A DNA stretch of 64,000 nucleotides from Dehalococcoidia bacterium (GTDB lineage: Bacteria; Chloroflexota; Dehalococcoidia; Plut-88900). The stretch lies in the NCBI GenBank assembly GCA_965197585.1, contig OZ240215.1, forward strand, positions 1,728,001-1,792,000, given 5' to 3'. Of this stretch, positions 37,620-47,424 are shown piece by piece. The position numbers and the translations under genes are program-made. The first letter of the stretch is position 1. Every line of letters starts with the position of its first letter. The notes beneath the pieces were generated by a model. It was not told where the DNA came from. It did not search any database and worked only from the letters and a program-made list of their open reading frames with translations.

Positions 37620-38618
37620 ATGACACCCGGCGACTACAACTCTACCCAGCTAATACTTGGCATCGACATAGGTGGCACGTCTCTTCGCGCCGCCCTCGCC
37701 GACTCCCCATCTTCCATCCTCGCCAAGACCCGTCGCCCTGCCCCCGCCGACCAACCCCCCGAGGCCATGGTCGAAGCAATCAGTTCTATGTACCATAGTC
37801 TCCTGGAACAGGTCGGATCCAATGGTGTGGTCGCCGTCGGAGTATCCTCTCCTGGCCCCGTCGACACCGTGGCCGGAGCCCTCGTCGATCCCCCCAACCT
37901 CCCTCAATTCACCACCGTGCCCCTCAGGGATATGCTCCAACGAGAGTTGGCCCTCTCTGTTTCACTCGAAAACGACGCCAACGCCGCCGCCATCGCCGAG
38001 CATCGAGTTGGCGTGGGCAAAGGGACTCGGCACATGGTATACGTGACCCTCAGCACCGGCATCGGAGCAGGCATCATTTCCGATGACCGATTGGTCCGAG
38101 GCGCAAGGGGCGCCGCAGGAGAAGTGGGTCACATCAAGCTGATGGTCGATGGCCCCCCATGCGGTTGCGGACAAAACGGCTGCTGGGAAGCCCTCGCTTC
38201 CGGCTCCGCGATTCGCAAGGAGGTTCTCCGTCAAATCAATGAAGGCCGCGAATCAACATTAAGCCGCTTCGACCCCTCCACCATCGACGCCCAAGCCGTC
38301 TTCCAGGCTGCTCAGTCAGGCGACCTCCTTGCCTCCGAGGTCATAGACAGAGCTGCCTATTTCACCGGCATTGGGCTCGCCGCCGTGGTAGACGTCCTGA
38401 ACCCCGAAATGGTAATTGTCGGTGGAGGGCTGACAAACATGGGAGACCGGCTACTCGGCCCCGCATTCAAGACCTGCCACAATCACATCTTCCCCCTCCA
38501 CGAAAGATCTCTCCGATTAGAGGTCAGCAACCTCGGTGACGATGTATCATTGATCGGAGCCCTAGTCCTCGCCGATGAATTGGCCCGTTCAAACGAAGTC
38601 CCGACAGGGAACACGTAG
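37620..38618 (+). CDS. ROK-family sugar kinase (glucokinase-like)
   Basis: GIDIGGT, ENDANAAA, GEVGH and CGCGQNGCWE motifs. Confidence 0.93.
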   Translation: MTPGDYNSTQLILGIDIGGTSLRAALADSPSSILAKTRRPAPADQPPEAMVEAISSMYHSLLEQVGSNGVVAVGVSSPGPVDTVAGALVDPPNLPQFTTVPLRDMLQRELALSVSLENDANAAAIAEHRVGVGKGTRHMVYVTLSTGIGAGIISDDRLVRGARGAAGEVGHIKLMVDGPPCGCGQNGCWEALASGSAIRKEVLRQINEGRESTLSRFDPSTIDAQAVFQAAQSGDLLASEVIDRAAYFTGIGLAAVVDVLNPEMVIVGGGLTNMGDRLLGPAFKTCHNHIFPLHERSLRLEVSNLGDDVSLIGALVLADELARSNEVPTGNT

Positions 38619-38634
38619 GTAGGAGTGCCGACAT

Positions 38635-39936
38635 ATGAACTTCGAAAAGTCCATTGAACTTCACGAAAGGTCCAGCCGATCACTGGCGGGCGGGGTCAGC
38701 AGCCATCACCGCCGCGGCGAGCTCCCTGTGCCCCTCTTCTTCGAAAGGGCCAAGGGGTCCCGACTCTTCGACGTGGACGGCAATGAGTTTATCGATTACA
38801 TCATGGGCAACGGCGCAGCCATCTTCGGCCACTCCCCCGACTTCCTCCTTGACTCCGTCCGCCGGATGCTCGATCGCGGCCAAATCATCGCCGGTCAGCA
38901 CGACCTGGAGATAACAGTCGCCGAGCTAATTAACGCCTCTGTCCCTTCCTCCGAGATGGTCAGGTTCGGCAGCTCGGGCACCGAGGCCGTCCTCGCCGCC
39001 GTCAGAATCGCTCGTGCCTACACCAACCGCTCCCTAATCATCAAGTTCGAGGGCCATTACCACGGCTGGGCAGACCCCGTCCTCTATAGCGTCGCCCCTA
39101 ACACCCAGGACGCCGGCCCCTACGACTCCCCCCTCCCCGTCCCCGAGTCCGAAGGCCAGTCTCCCGGGTCCGCAGAAGAAGTTGTTGTCCTCCCCTGGAA
39201 CGATCTCGACGTGCTCTCCACTGCAATCCGTAAACACCCCGGAGAGATCGCCGCCATCATCATGGAACCCGTGCCCGTCAACACCAACAGCGCCTTCCCC
39301 AAGCCCGGTTACCTGGAGGGCGTCCGCAAGCTCTGCGACGAAAATGGCATAGTTCTCATCTTCGACGAGGTCATCACCGGCTTCCGACTCGCCGTCGGTG
39401 GCGCTCAGGATCTTCTTGGCGTAACTCCCGACCTGACAACCTTGGCCAAGGCCGCGGCCGGTGGCTTCCCCTTCTCCGTTGTTACCGGTAAGCGAGAAGT
39501 CATGCAGCCCGTATCTCAAGGCCGAGTCATGCACGCAGGCACCGCCAGCGGCAACCTCGTATCTCTCGCCGCATCCGAGACCACAATCAACAAGCTTAAA
39601 GAAAACGACGGTGAGGCCATCCGACGCATGCACCACGTCGGCGAGCTTCTCATGGACGGCCTCCGAGACCTAGCCCGCAAGCACGAGGAGGATGTCCTCC
39701 TACAGGGCCCATCATCCATTTTCACCATGGCCTTCACCCCCGAGTCCTCCCTCCCCGACTACAGAACCTTCTACGAAAAGGTGGACCACGAGCGTTACGT
39801 CACCTTCCGCCAGAAGCTCCTGGAGGGCGGCATAAGGGCCAACATGCACGGCAAGTGGTTTCTTTCCTGCGCCCACACGGAGCAAGACGTCGAACAAACC
39901 CTCGCCGCCGCCGACCAAGCCTTCCGCGCCCTCTAA
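38635..39936 (+). CDS. Class III aminotransferase (glutamate-1-semialdehyde aminomutase-like)
   Basis: SGTEA, FEGHYHG, FDEVITGFR and TLAKA (PLP lysine). Confidence 0.9.
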   Translation: MNFEKSIELHERSSRSLAGGVSSHHRRGELPVPLFFERAKGSRLFDVDGNEFIDYIMGNGAAIFGHSPDFLLDSVRRMLDRGQIIAGQHDLEITVAELINASVPSSEMVRFGSSGTEAVLAAVRIARAYTNRSLIIKFEGHYHGWADPVLYSVAPNTQDAGPYDSPLPVPESEGQSPGSAEEVVVLPWNDLDVLSTAIRKHPGEIAAIIMEPVPVNTNSAFPKPGYLEGVRKLCDENGIVLIFDEVITGFRLAVGGAQDLLGVTPDLTTLAKAAAGGFPFSVVTGKREVMQPVSQGRVMHAGTASGNLVSLAASETTINKLKENDGEAIRRMHHVGELLMDGLRDLARKHEEDVLLQGPSSIFTMAFTPESSLPDYRTFYEKVDHERYVTFRQKLLEGGIRANMHGKWFLSCAHTEQDVEQTLAAADQAFRAL

Positions 39937-40144
39937 CACAGACCCCCAAATCCTTGACCCCCGTCACTCCCAGGCCCTCGGCCGTGTTCTACCGAGGCCC
40001 TTAACGCCGTCATTCCGGCCCTCGAGCCGGAATCCATCCCCGCCCCTTCCCGTATGGGCAGGTCTCGTGCCTGCTCCATCTTTACCTCCCACCCTCCAAG
40101 CAGATTTAACCTCGCCATTCCGAGCCCTTACCCCCTGTCATTCC

Positions 40145-41200
40145 TGTAAGTGTTAGGTAATTCGTTGACAGATTGGTATAAGAGGCCAACACCAATCTGG
40201 AGGCGAGAATGCGAGACAATAGCAAGGACCTCACCCTTGAACGTAACTACATTCAGAAGTGGCGGTTCCTCATCCATGAGTATCAACTGGTCAAGGCAGG
40301 GAAGCATCCCCGTTTCCGCTTCGCCCAGGACTTCTACTCCTTCCACGGCACTAGCCGTCAGACCTTCGCCAAGTACTACAACCGGTTCCTCCTTTCCCCC
40401 TCCGACAACGCCTTCCTCCCCCGTAAGCGGGGTCCCGGGTGGAAGTCCCGCCGCACCCTGCCCTACATTGAGCAGAAGGTCATCAACGAGCGCCTTAACG
40501 GTACCAACCGTTACGAGATCTATGCCATACTCAAACCCATCCTTAAACACAACACCCCTAAGCCCTCCACCATCTACGCCATCACCAGACGCCACGGTTT
40601 CAATAGGCTCACAAAGCCGATGCAGCAGTCGAAGCGCAAGATCATCAAGACCCGGGCAGGAGAGCTGGGCCACCTGGACAGCCACTACCTCAGCCGGGAT
40701 ACCATCGTGGGCACCAAGCACCGCTACTACCTGGTGGGCCTCATCGACGCCTACACCCGTCTGGCCTGGGCCGAAGTGGTCGGAGACATCAAGAGTCTCT
40801 CCGTTATGTTTGCTACTCTGAAGTCCATCAATTTCCTTAACGTGGAGTACGGCATCCAATTCGAGGCCATCCTCACCGACAACGGCCCCGAGATGGCCTC
40901 CCCAAGGAACACCGAGGGCCACCCCATGGAACGGATGCTCAATGAGCTGGGCATAAAGCACCGCTACACCCGACCCTATAGGCCCCAGACCAACGGGAAG
41001 ATAGAGCGGTTCTGGAGAACCTTGAACGAGGACCTGCTGGAGGGGACAACCTTCGAATCGGTCTCGGAACTGAAGGACGAGCTTCAGCAATACCTGATCT
41101 ACTACAATACTCAGAGACCCCACCAGGCAATGGACGGAAAGACCCCTTTGGAGACCCTTAAATCCACCTAATTCTGTCAACGAATTACCTGACATCCACA
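40145..41200 (+). mobile_element. IS481-family element (1056 bp) with 28-bp imperfect TIRs and 5-bp TSD ATTCC
   Basis: Left TGTAAGTGTTAGGTAATTCGTTGACAGA versus right (reverse complement) TGTGGATGTCAGGTAATTCGTTGACAGA, 24/28 identical; ATTCC at 40140-40144 and 41201-41205. Confidence 0.93.
40209..41171 (+). CDS. IS481-family transposase
   Basis: HLD...ILTDNGPE...PQTNGKIERFWRTL...YNTQRPHQ. Confidence 0.93.
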   Translation: MRDNSKDLTLERNYIQKWRFLIHEYQLVKAGKHPRFRFAQDFYSFHGTSRQTFAKYYNRFLLSPSDNAFLPRKRGPGWKSRRTLPYIEQKVINERLNGTNRYEIYAILKPILKHNTPKPSTIYAITRRHGFNRLTKPMQQSKRKIIKTRAGELGHLDSHYLSRDTIVGTKHRYYLVGLIDAYTRLAWAEVVGDIKSLSVMFATLKSINFLNVEYGIQFEAILTDNGPEMASPRNTEGHPMERMLNELGIKHRYTRPYRPQTNGKIERFWRTLNEDLLEGTTFESVSELKDELQQYLIYYNTQRPHQAMDGKTPLETLKST

Positions 41201-41426
41201 ATTCCGAGGCTCCGCGAGGAATCTAAGGCATATTTCTCTCCCAACTAGACAATTGATTACCCCATCCACACCAAGCAGGCGTCTTGATCCTATCCCCGTT
41301 TCCTCGACGAGAGAGGGCTAGGGTGAGGGTGATCCCATTCATGCAAACCGCCCACCTGTCTGCTTGGCAGACAGGTGGGCGGTTGAACATCTTCCTTGGT
41401 GCTAGAACTTTTCGAAGCGAGTCCCT

Positions 41427-43004
41427 CTACAACCGGGTCCCGTACCTCGCCTTCTTCCCCAAGTTGCTCCTTATCGCCCCCTGAGCCGCCGCTATAAAAC
41501 GATATACGTAGTACCGCGTCTCCACAGGATCGATCATCTCCTCCAGGCCAAATGCCTCCGCCGTCTTCCACGGTGACGAGTCTGCCAGAAGCTTGGCCTC
41601 AATCTGGCTCCGTCTGGCATTTGGGTCATCCGCCGACTCTATCTCCCGTCGGAACGCCGCGAAGACACCGCCTTCCACCGGCATGTCCCCGAACTCTCCC
41701 GTCGCCCAGCCAATCCGCAGGTGCAGCCGGTCCGGGTTAGCCGTCGAGTTGCACGCCATCCCGAACGCTTTTCGCATGTGTACCGTAACCATCGGCACCG
41801 TAGACTCCATCATCGCCTGCAAGGCCCGCATCCCTTTCCTTAGCGTCCCCTCTCTCTCCGCCACCTCACCGATCATGAATCCCGGAACGTCCACCAGGTA
41901 GACAATGGGCAGGTTGAAGGTGTCGCATAGCTCTATGAATCGGGCCTGCTTCTGCGATGCCTGCGCGTCCAGCGCTCCACCGATGTACATCGGGTTGCTT
42001 GCCAGCACTCCTACCGAGTATCCCCCGATCCTGGCCATGCCCACCACCAGGGAGCGGCCCCAATCAGGTCCAATCTCGAAGAACGAGTCCCGGTCGAAAA
42101 TCACATCTATGACCCCGTGGGAATCGTAGGCCTGCCTCCGGTCTTCGGGCACCAGGCTCAGGAGTATTTCGTCCTGCCTGTCGGGCGGGTCCCCTGTCTC
42201 TACGAAGGGCGGCATCTCCCAAACGTTCTGCGGCATATAGCTCAGGAACCGCCTCATTTGGTATATGGCGTCCGCCTCATCCTCGGCAACGTTGTCGATT
42301 GTGCCGGAGAGTTGTGTGTGAACGTGAGCGCCCCCCAGATCGAACTTGTTGACTCTGCGCCCCAGGGCTCTTTCCACGACCGGTGGTCCCCCTGCAAAAA
42401 CGCACCCCGTATCTCGCGTCATTATCGAAAAGTGTGAAATCACCAGCCGTCCCGCCGAGCCTCCCGCACATGCTCCCATCCCCGCGGCGATTACCGGCAC
42501 CTCACCCAATAGCTGGTAGCTGCGCCCAAAGCTGGACGAGCTCACTATGGGGGCGTGGCCTGTGGTCTGCTGCATGCTGACACCGCCCCCCACCCCTTCC
42601 ACGAAAATCATCAATGGGATCCTGTACTCGTGGGCCAGGTCCTCCAGGAAACCGCCCATCCCACCCTTCTTTCGGTCCAGCCCGATGGTGTGGCCCGCGC
42701 TCACCGTGAAGTCCTCGCCCCCGAGTGCCACTGGCCGGCCATCGACTTCCGCCAGGCCCATGATGTAGCTCGCCGGAGTTGGCTCCAATTCGTTGCCTTC
42801 GGAATCGAAACGGTGGTCGATAGCCATCGTCCCGACCTCTAGGAAGCTTTCCGGATCGGCCAGCATGCCTATCCTGTCCCTCACCAGCCCCCCTCCCCGT
42901 GATCGCTGCTTCTCCACGGCGCGATCGCCGCCGTGGGTCATCGCCCGGTTTCTCCGGTATAAGAGCTCTTCTCTGGCCTTTTCCCATGTGAACGACTGGG
43001 CCAT
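41427..43004 (-). CDS. Acyl-CoA carboxylase beta (carboxyltransferase) subunit
   Basis: DFTVSAG, GACAGG, GPPVV, DVPGFMIG and RKAFG motifs. Confidence 0.9.
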   Translation of the reverse strand: MAQSFTWEKAREELLYRRNRAMTHGGDRAVEKQRSRGGGLVRDRIGMLADPESFLEVGTMAIDHRFDSEGNELEPTPASYIMGLAEVDGRPVALGGEDFTVSAGHTIGLDRKKGGMGGFLEDLAHEYRIPLMIFVEGVGGGVSMQQTTGHAPIVSSSSFGRSYQLLGEVPVIAAGMGACAGGSAGRLVISHFSIMTRDTGCVFAGGPPVVERALGRRVNKFDLGGAHVHTQLSGTIDNVAEDEADAIYQMRRFLSYMPQNVWEMPPFVETGDPPDRQDEILLSLVPEDRRQAYDSHGVIDVIFDRDSFFEIGPDWGRSLVVGMARIGGYSVGVLASNPMYIGGALDAQASQKQARFIELCDTFNLPIVYLVDVPGFMIGEVAEREGTLRKGMRALQAMMESTVPMVTVHMRKAFGMACNSTANPDRLHLRIGWATGEFGDMPVEGGVFAAFRREIESADDPNARRSQIEAKLLADSSPWKTAEAFGLEEMIDPVETRYYVYRFIAAAQGAIRSNLGKKARYGTRL

Positions 43005-43059
43005 TGCCTCTCCCCCTGCGCGAGTTATTGTTATCTCTGTTTCTTTCCTTGCACCTGGC

Positions 43060-44217
43060 CTACTTGACCACCAGGTCCAACGGCATCCGGGACAATCTTT
43101 CGCATCCCGTCTCCGTCACCAGCACCGTCTCTCCCGGCGACATCGTAATGCCCCTGGTGCTGTCCAGCAATATCATGTGCATGAATATAACCATATTCGG
43201 CTGAATAACCACCGGGTTGCCGGTGAACAGCATCGGGTAGTCCATCCATGTCGGCGGGTACAGGGCCCCGAGACTGTAGCCGCAGGCATTCAGCCTGTGC
43301 TCCCTGAACCCCGCGTCGTCGAACGCCTTGGCGTGCGCATCGAATACGTCCCCGAAGGTTGCGCCCGGCTTACAAGTGCCCTGGGCTGCCTGGAGTGCAT
43401 TCACCCCGGCCTCGTGCATCTTGTAGTATTGCGGGTCCGGGGTCCCGGTCAACGCCGTCCTCATCAGGCACGAGTGATAGTGCCGATACGCCGCCCCGAA
43501 CTCCAGCTGCACTTGGTCGTTTTCTCCAATGTCACCGTGGCCCGTGATGTGTCTTACCATCAAGGCCCTCTCCCCAGACCCGATTATCCACCGCCCCGCC
43601 GGGTAGTCTCCACCCCCGCGGAATATCGCCGAGTGCATCCCAGCGAATAGCTCCAACTCCGGCACCCCCGGAGCGAACAGGTCGTATGCCACTTCCAGGG
43701 CATCATCCGCTAGAGAGGCCGCCTTCCTCACATATTCGACCTCCTGGGGACTCTTGACTAGCCGAAGCTCGCTCACCAGGTGCGACGCGTCCTCCCAGCT
43801 GCAGAAACCATCCAACGCGCTCTTCATCATCTCCCACCGACGCCCCGTCAACGTCCAAGCCTCCAACTCAACCCCCAGCCTCTTGCCCCGGCACCCCTTC
43901 TCTTCAAGCACCTTCTTCACGTCCAGACCGGGATTCGCGTCCCCGCTGTCCATCCAGATCCGCACGTCTTCGATTATCGACGTGAACCCCGACTGCCGCA
44001 GGTCCGCCGACCTCGTCACCAAGGTCATGTCCCCGTCCGCGCCCATGTAGAGACACTGGAACTGGGTGTAGCCCATGGTGTCGTAGCCCGTAAGGTAATA
44101 CATGGTCTCCTGGCGGAAGATCAGCAGCCCGTCCAGCCCCTTCGCCGCCATCGACTCACACGTCCTCCGCCTCCGCCCCGCGAGCTCTTCCTCGCTAAAA
44201 TGCAGGTGCTTGGCCAT
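43060..44217 (-). CDS. M24 Xaa-Pro peptidase family protein (ectoine hydrolase DoeA/creatinase-like)
   Basis: Creatinase N-domain, LRLVKSPQE, GYSLG and GETVLVTETGCERLS motifs. Confidence 0.85.
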   Translation of the reverse strand: MAKHLHFSEEELAGRRRRTCESMAAKGLDGLLIFRQETMYYLTGYDTMGYTQFQCLYMGADGDMTLVTRSADLRQSGFTSIIEDVRIWMDSGDANPGLDVKKVLEEKGCRGKRLGVELEAWTLTGRRWEMMKSALDGFCSWEDASHLVSELRLVKSPQEVEYVRKAASLADDALEVAYDLFAPGVPELELFAGMHSAIFRGGGDYPAGRWIIGSGERALMVRHITGHGDIGENDQVQLEFGAAYRHYHSCLMRTALTGTPDPQYYKMHEAGVNALQAAQGTCKPGATFGDVFDAHAKAFDDAGFREHRLNACGYSLGALYPPTWMDYPMLFTGNPVVIQPNMVIFMHMILLDSTRGITMSPGETVLVTETGCERLSRMPLDLVVK

Positions 44218-44317
44218 CAAGTCTTATCCTTTCTTCATTCCTATCCGACTCTTAATTTTCAATCGACCCCTACCCCCCGTCACGCCTCCCGAGGGGAGCC
44301 TGTCCGCCAAAGGCGGA

Positions 44318-46066
44318 TCACACCGGTATCACCGGCAGCGTCACCCGAGACGCATAACTGTCATTGTGAAGAACAGTCTGCGATGCAGGCTTGGCCTCCG
44401 TCCCCTTACCCAGCGCACCCCCCGTATTCGGGTTCCTGTCAAACCGCGGGAAGTTGCTGCTCGAAATCTCCACCCGGATCCTGTGCCCCGCCTTGAACAG
44501 GTTGCTCGTCGCCCACAAGTCGATCTTGTACTCATACACCTCGCCGGGTGTTATCAACTTTGCCTCGCTCGTCGACTCCCGGTACCGCGCCCTCACTATC
44601 CCGTCCGCCAGGTTAACCGCTCCCCCACACGGGCACGCATCCACCAGCTTCGCCGTGAAGTCCGTATCCACCGCCGACGATGCTGCGTAAAGCGTCACCG
44701 TCACCGGCCCCGTGACCTCGACGGGTTGCTCCAACACCGCCGTCGAGTAGACCAGCACGTCCTCCCTCGCCTCAATCGCACTCTGATCGAACGAACCCGG
44801 CGGTGAAACAGCCTCGTTGCAGCACAGCCCCCCGCCCCGAGTCGGCACCGGGTTGTTCGGGTTATAAAGATAGGCGTCGTAGGGCTCGTCACCCGGCGCC
44901 TCGATGCCGAGCATCCCGTCTCCCCGCGCGCTGTTCGCCCGACCCCCGCTGTGGAGGTAGTAGTCTGTGTACTGTGTCCGGGCCAGCGGCCATTCCTTCT
45001 CACTGCGCCACTCATTGGCCCCCATCACGAATATCCGTACCGGGTCCTCCTCCCCAACCCCGTTGTCCTCTCCCTTCAGCCAGTAGTCGTACCAGCGCAG
45101 CTTCGTACCCTGGAAATCAAACGAGACCGCGCTTGCGCTCGGCCCGAAATTCACTTCGCCCCCAACACTGCCCGGCGTATCGTCGTGGAACCAGGGTCCG
45201 ATTATCAGCCGTTGCCCGTTCCTTGCCGCGTCCGTTGCCCCGTTCTCCCTCATCCCCACGAAGTTGCGAATCGCCCCACCCAGGAAAATGTCGTACCAGC
45301 CCGACATGCTGTAGGCCGGAACCTCAACCGTCGAATGCCGCTCCCTGATGTTCACCGACTTCCAGTATGAGTCGTCATCCGAATGCTGCACCCAGTCGTT
45401 GAAATACTGGGCAAGCGCCGGGTTCCTGAACAACGGGTGCTCTGCAAAGTTCAGTGTTTCGAATGACCCATCCAGGTCCTTCAGTGCCTCCATCATCCGC
45501 GCCGAGTCTGCCGAAACATCCCCATGGTCACGTTCGATATGATCTATGTTGGCCATCGCCAGTGACACTGCCCAGCTAAGTGTGAAGAACAGCTGGAATG
45601 CCCCGCCCTGGTACGTCCATCCCTCGTAGTAGTCGTCGCTGGTTATGGAAGGAATGATGCACTTCAAATGCGGAGGCCTGGAAATCGCCGCCAGCCACTG
45701 CGTAGCCCCGACATACGACCCCCCGTGCATCCCCACCGCCCCCGAGGACCAAGCCTGCGATGCCGCCCACTCCACAGTGTCGTACCCGTCGTTTATCTCG
45801 TTCTTGAAAGTGTAGAACGTCCCCTCGGAGTTGTATCGCCCCCGAACATTCTGCATAACGAAAGCGTATCCCTGCCTCGCCGCCCGGATCGGGTCCACGC
45901 TGTCAACTCTCGTCGAGAAGGCATCCTTGTCATACGGAGTCCGGCACAAAATAACCGGATACCGACCCGGCGTATCCGGCCGATAAACATCACTATAAAG
46001 AACTGTCCCGTCCCGCATCCGGGCCGGAACATCCTGCTCTACCCTAACCGTAACCGGCTTCGTCAT
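44318..46066 (-). CDS. CocE/NonD family hydrolase
   Basis: RTPY, GGSYVG nucleophile, GWYD, IGPWFH and SSNFPRFDRN motifs. Confidence 0.93.
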   Translation of the reverse strand: MTKPVTVRVEQDVPARMRDGTVLYSDVYRPDTPGRYPVILCRTPYDKDAFSTRVDSVDPIRAARQGYAFVMQNVRGRYNSEGTFYTFKNEINDGYDTVEWAASQAWSSGAVGMHGGSYVGATQWLAAISRPPHLKCIIPSITSDDYYEGWTYQGGAFQLFFTLSWAVSLAMANIDHIERDHGDVSADSARMMEALKDLDGSFETLNFAEHPLFRNPALAQYFNDWVQHSDDDSYWKSVNIRERHSTVEVPAYSMSGWYDIFLGGAIRNFVGMRENGATDAARNGQRLIIGPWFHDDTPGSVGGEVNFGPSASAVSFDFQGTKLRWYDYWLKGEDNGVGEEDPVRIFVMGANEWRSEKEWPLARTQYTDYYLHSGGRANSARGDGMLGIEAPGDEPYDAYLYNPNNPVPTRGGGLCCNEAVSPPGSFDQSAIEAREDVLVYSTAVLEQPVEVTGPVTVTLYAASSAVDTDFTAKLVDACPCGGAVNLADGIVRARYRESTSEAKLITPGEVYEYKIDLWATSNLFKAGHRIRVEISSSNFPRFDRNPNTGGALGKGTEAKPASQTVLHNDSYASRVTLPVIPV

Positions 46067-46229
46067 CCGTTACCTCCCATATCTAGGTCCCGTCCGCCAA
46101 CCATTAGCATTCTCTCAATGACATTCCGCTACGTACACCGCACCATACCAACATCCTTACGCGTCATTCCGGCATGAGTCTAGTGTCAAACCAAGGCCCG
46201 TTTCTGTGTCACCCCTTGGTCCATCTCAA

Positions 46230-46287
46230 TGTCATACCGAGGCCCATTTATAGGTCATTCCGAGGCTCCGCGAGGAAGCTAAGGCGT
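46230..46287 (+). repeat. GTCATTCCGAGG-type REP cluster
   Basis: Partial copy plus GTCATTCCGAGGCTCCGCGAGGAAGCTAAGG. Confidence 0.7.
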
Positions 46288-46392
46288 CTGCCCTCAACCA
46301 TCCATTAACGAGCCCAATACGTTCGAATACGGTGTAGGGGGAAATCATTCCCGCATCCTGCAAAGCATACCCATTGGAATGGAGCTCCCACC

Positions 46393-47190
46393 TCACGAAC
46401 GCAGAAACTCCTTCACAATAGCCGAAACCTTCTCACGCTGTTCCAACTGTGGAATGTGACCCGCTCCATCAAGTATCTCCGTCCGCACAGTCGTGTTTAC
46501 CATCCTGTCGGAAAACTCCTTGGCATACTCCGGAGGGACGAGGGCATCCTGTTTGCCCCACAATATCAACGCCGGCGCCGACACCCGATAGATCCGGTTC
46601 TTCAACCCCTTGTCCGGTATCGGCCACGTGAATTTGGATGTACAGGCGATGGCCCACGTCCTTGCAATAGTGAAGTTTTGGAACTCCTCCTCATCCTCCG
46701 GTGCCTCGAGGAAACCCTTGGCAAATTGACCCTCGGGGTCCGAGAACAGCGCTTTGACCAACGCATCCTGGCTCATCGCCGTCCAGTCCAACACCGGGTA
46801 TTCATCCAGCCAGAACCCGATGGGATTCATCAGCGTCAACTTGCTAACCCTGTCTGGGCTGCTCGCCGCAATCTCGGCCGCCAGCATTCCGCCGTAAGAA
46901 TGCCCAATCACCGCCGGAGACTCTAGCCCCAATGCATCGAACAGGTCGTAGTGGTACAGCACCAGGTCCCACAGGCTGTCGATCTTCCGGATGTCGTCAG
47001 GGTCATGGAGCCCGGGGTGAAGTGGTGCGTACACCGTGAATTCGGAAGAGAGGTCATCCAGGAAACCGTCCCATCGCAGGCCTCCTGCCCCGTGCAGGAA
47101 CACGACGGGTGGGCCTTCCCCTGCAGTCATCACCTTCGGGTTGAGCAGCCCGTCCCTGATCTTTGGGAACCGGTCTTCCACAGTGACCAT
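46393..47190 (-). CDS. Alpha/beta hydrolase
   Basis: FLHGAGG, GHSYGG, WGKQD and AGH catalytic triad motifs. Confidence 0.9.
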   Translation of the reverse strand: MVTVEDRFPKIRDGLLNPKVMTAGEGPPVVFLHGAGGLRWDGFLDDLSSEFTVYAPLHPGLHDPDDIRKIDSLWDLVLYHYDLFDALGLESPAVIGHSYGGMLAAEIAASSPDRVSKLTLMNPIGFWLDEYPVLDWTAMSQDALVKALFSDPEGQFAKGFLEAPEDEEEFQNFTIARTWAIACTSKFTWPIPDKGLKNRIYRVSAPALILWGKQDALVPPEYAKEFSDRMVNTTVRTEILDGAGHIPQLEQREKVSAIVKEFLRS

Positions 47191-47324
47191 TTACTTCTCC
47201 TATTAAGGTTGATCGAAAGACATCTGCGCACCTATGAATAAACCCCCGTCGGTTTCACAGCTTCCCCCTCCCTCAACGAGTGTTTTGCATAACGGTCATT
47301 CCCGGCGGCCGAGGGGAGGTCCAG

Positions 47325-47364
47325 TCCCCTCTCCCTTGATGGGAGAGGGCTAGGGTGAGGGTGA
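47325..47364 (+). repeat. TCCCCTCTCCC-type REP
   Basis: TCCCCTCTCCCTTGATGGGAGAGGGCTAGGGTGAGGGTGA. Confidence 0.8.
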
Positions 47365-47424
47365 ATTTCGGTTACTCAGGTTTCTCTTCTGTCACGCGCC
47401 TTTCGAGTCTTTACGAAATCCCCG

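Noticed and set aside
38635-39936. Assigning hemL
   Set aside because: It diverges from HemL signatures (GGVSS rather than GGVNSP) and has no hem context; left as a class III aminotransferase.
40128-41201. 357-aa antisense ORF spanning the IS
   Set aside because: It is the shadow frame of the transposase and has no domain motifs.
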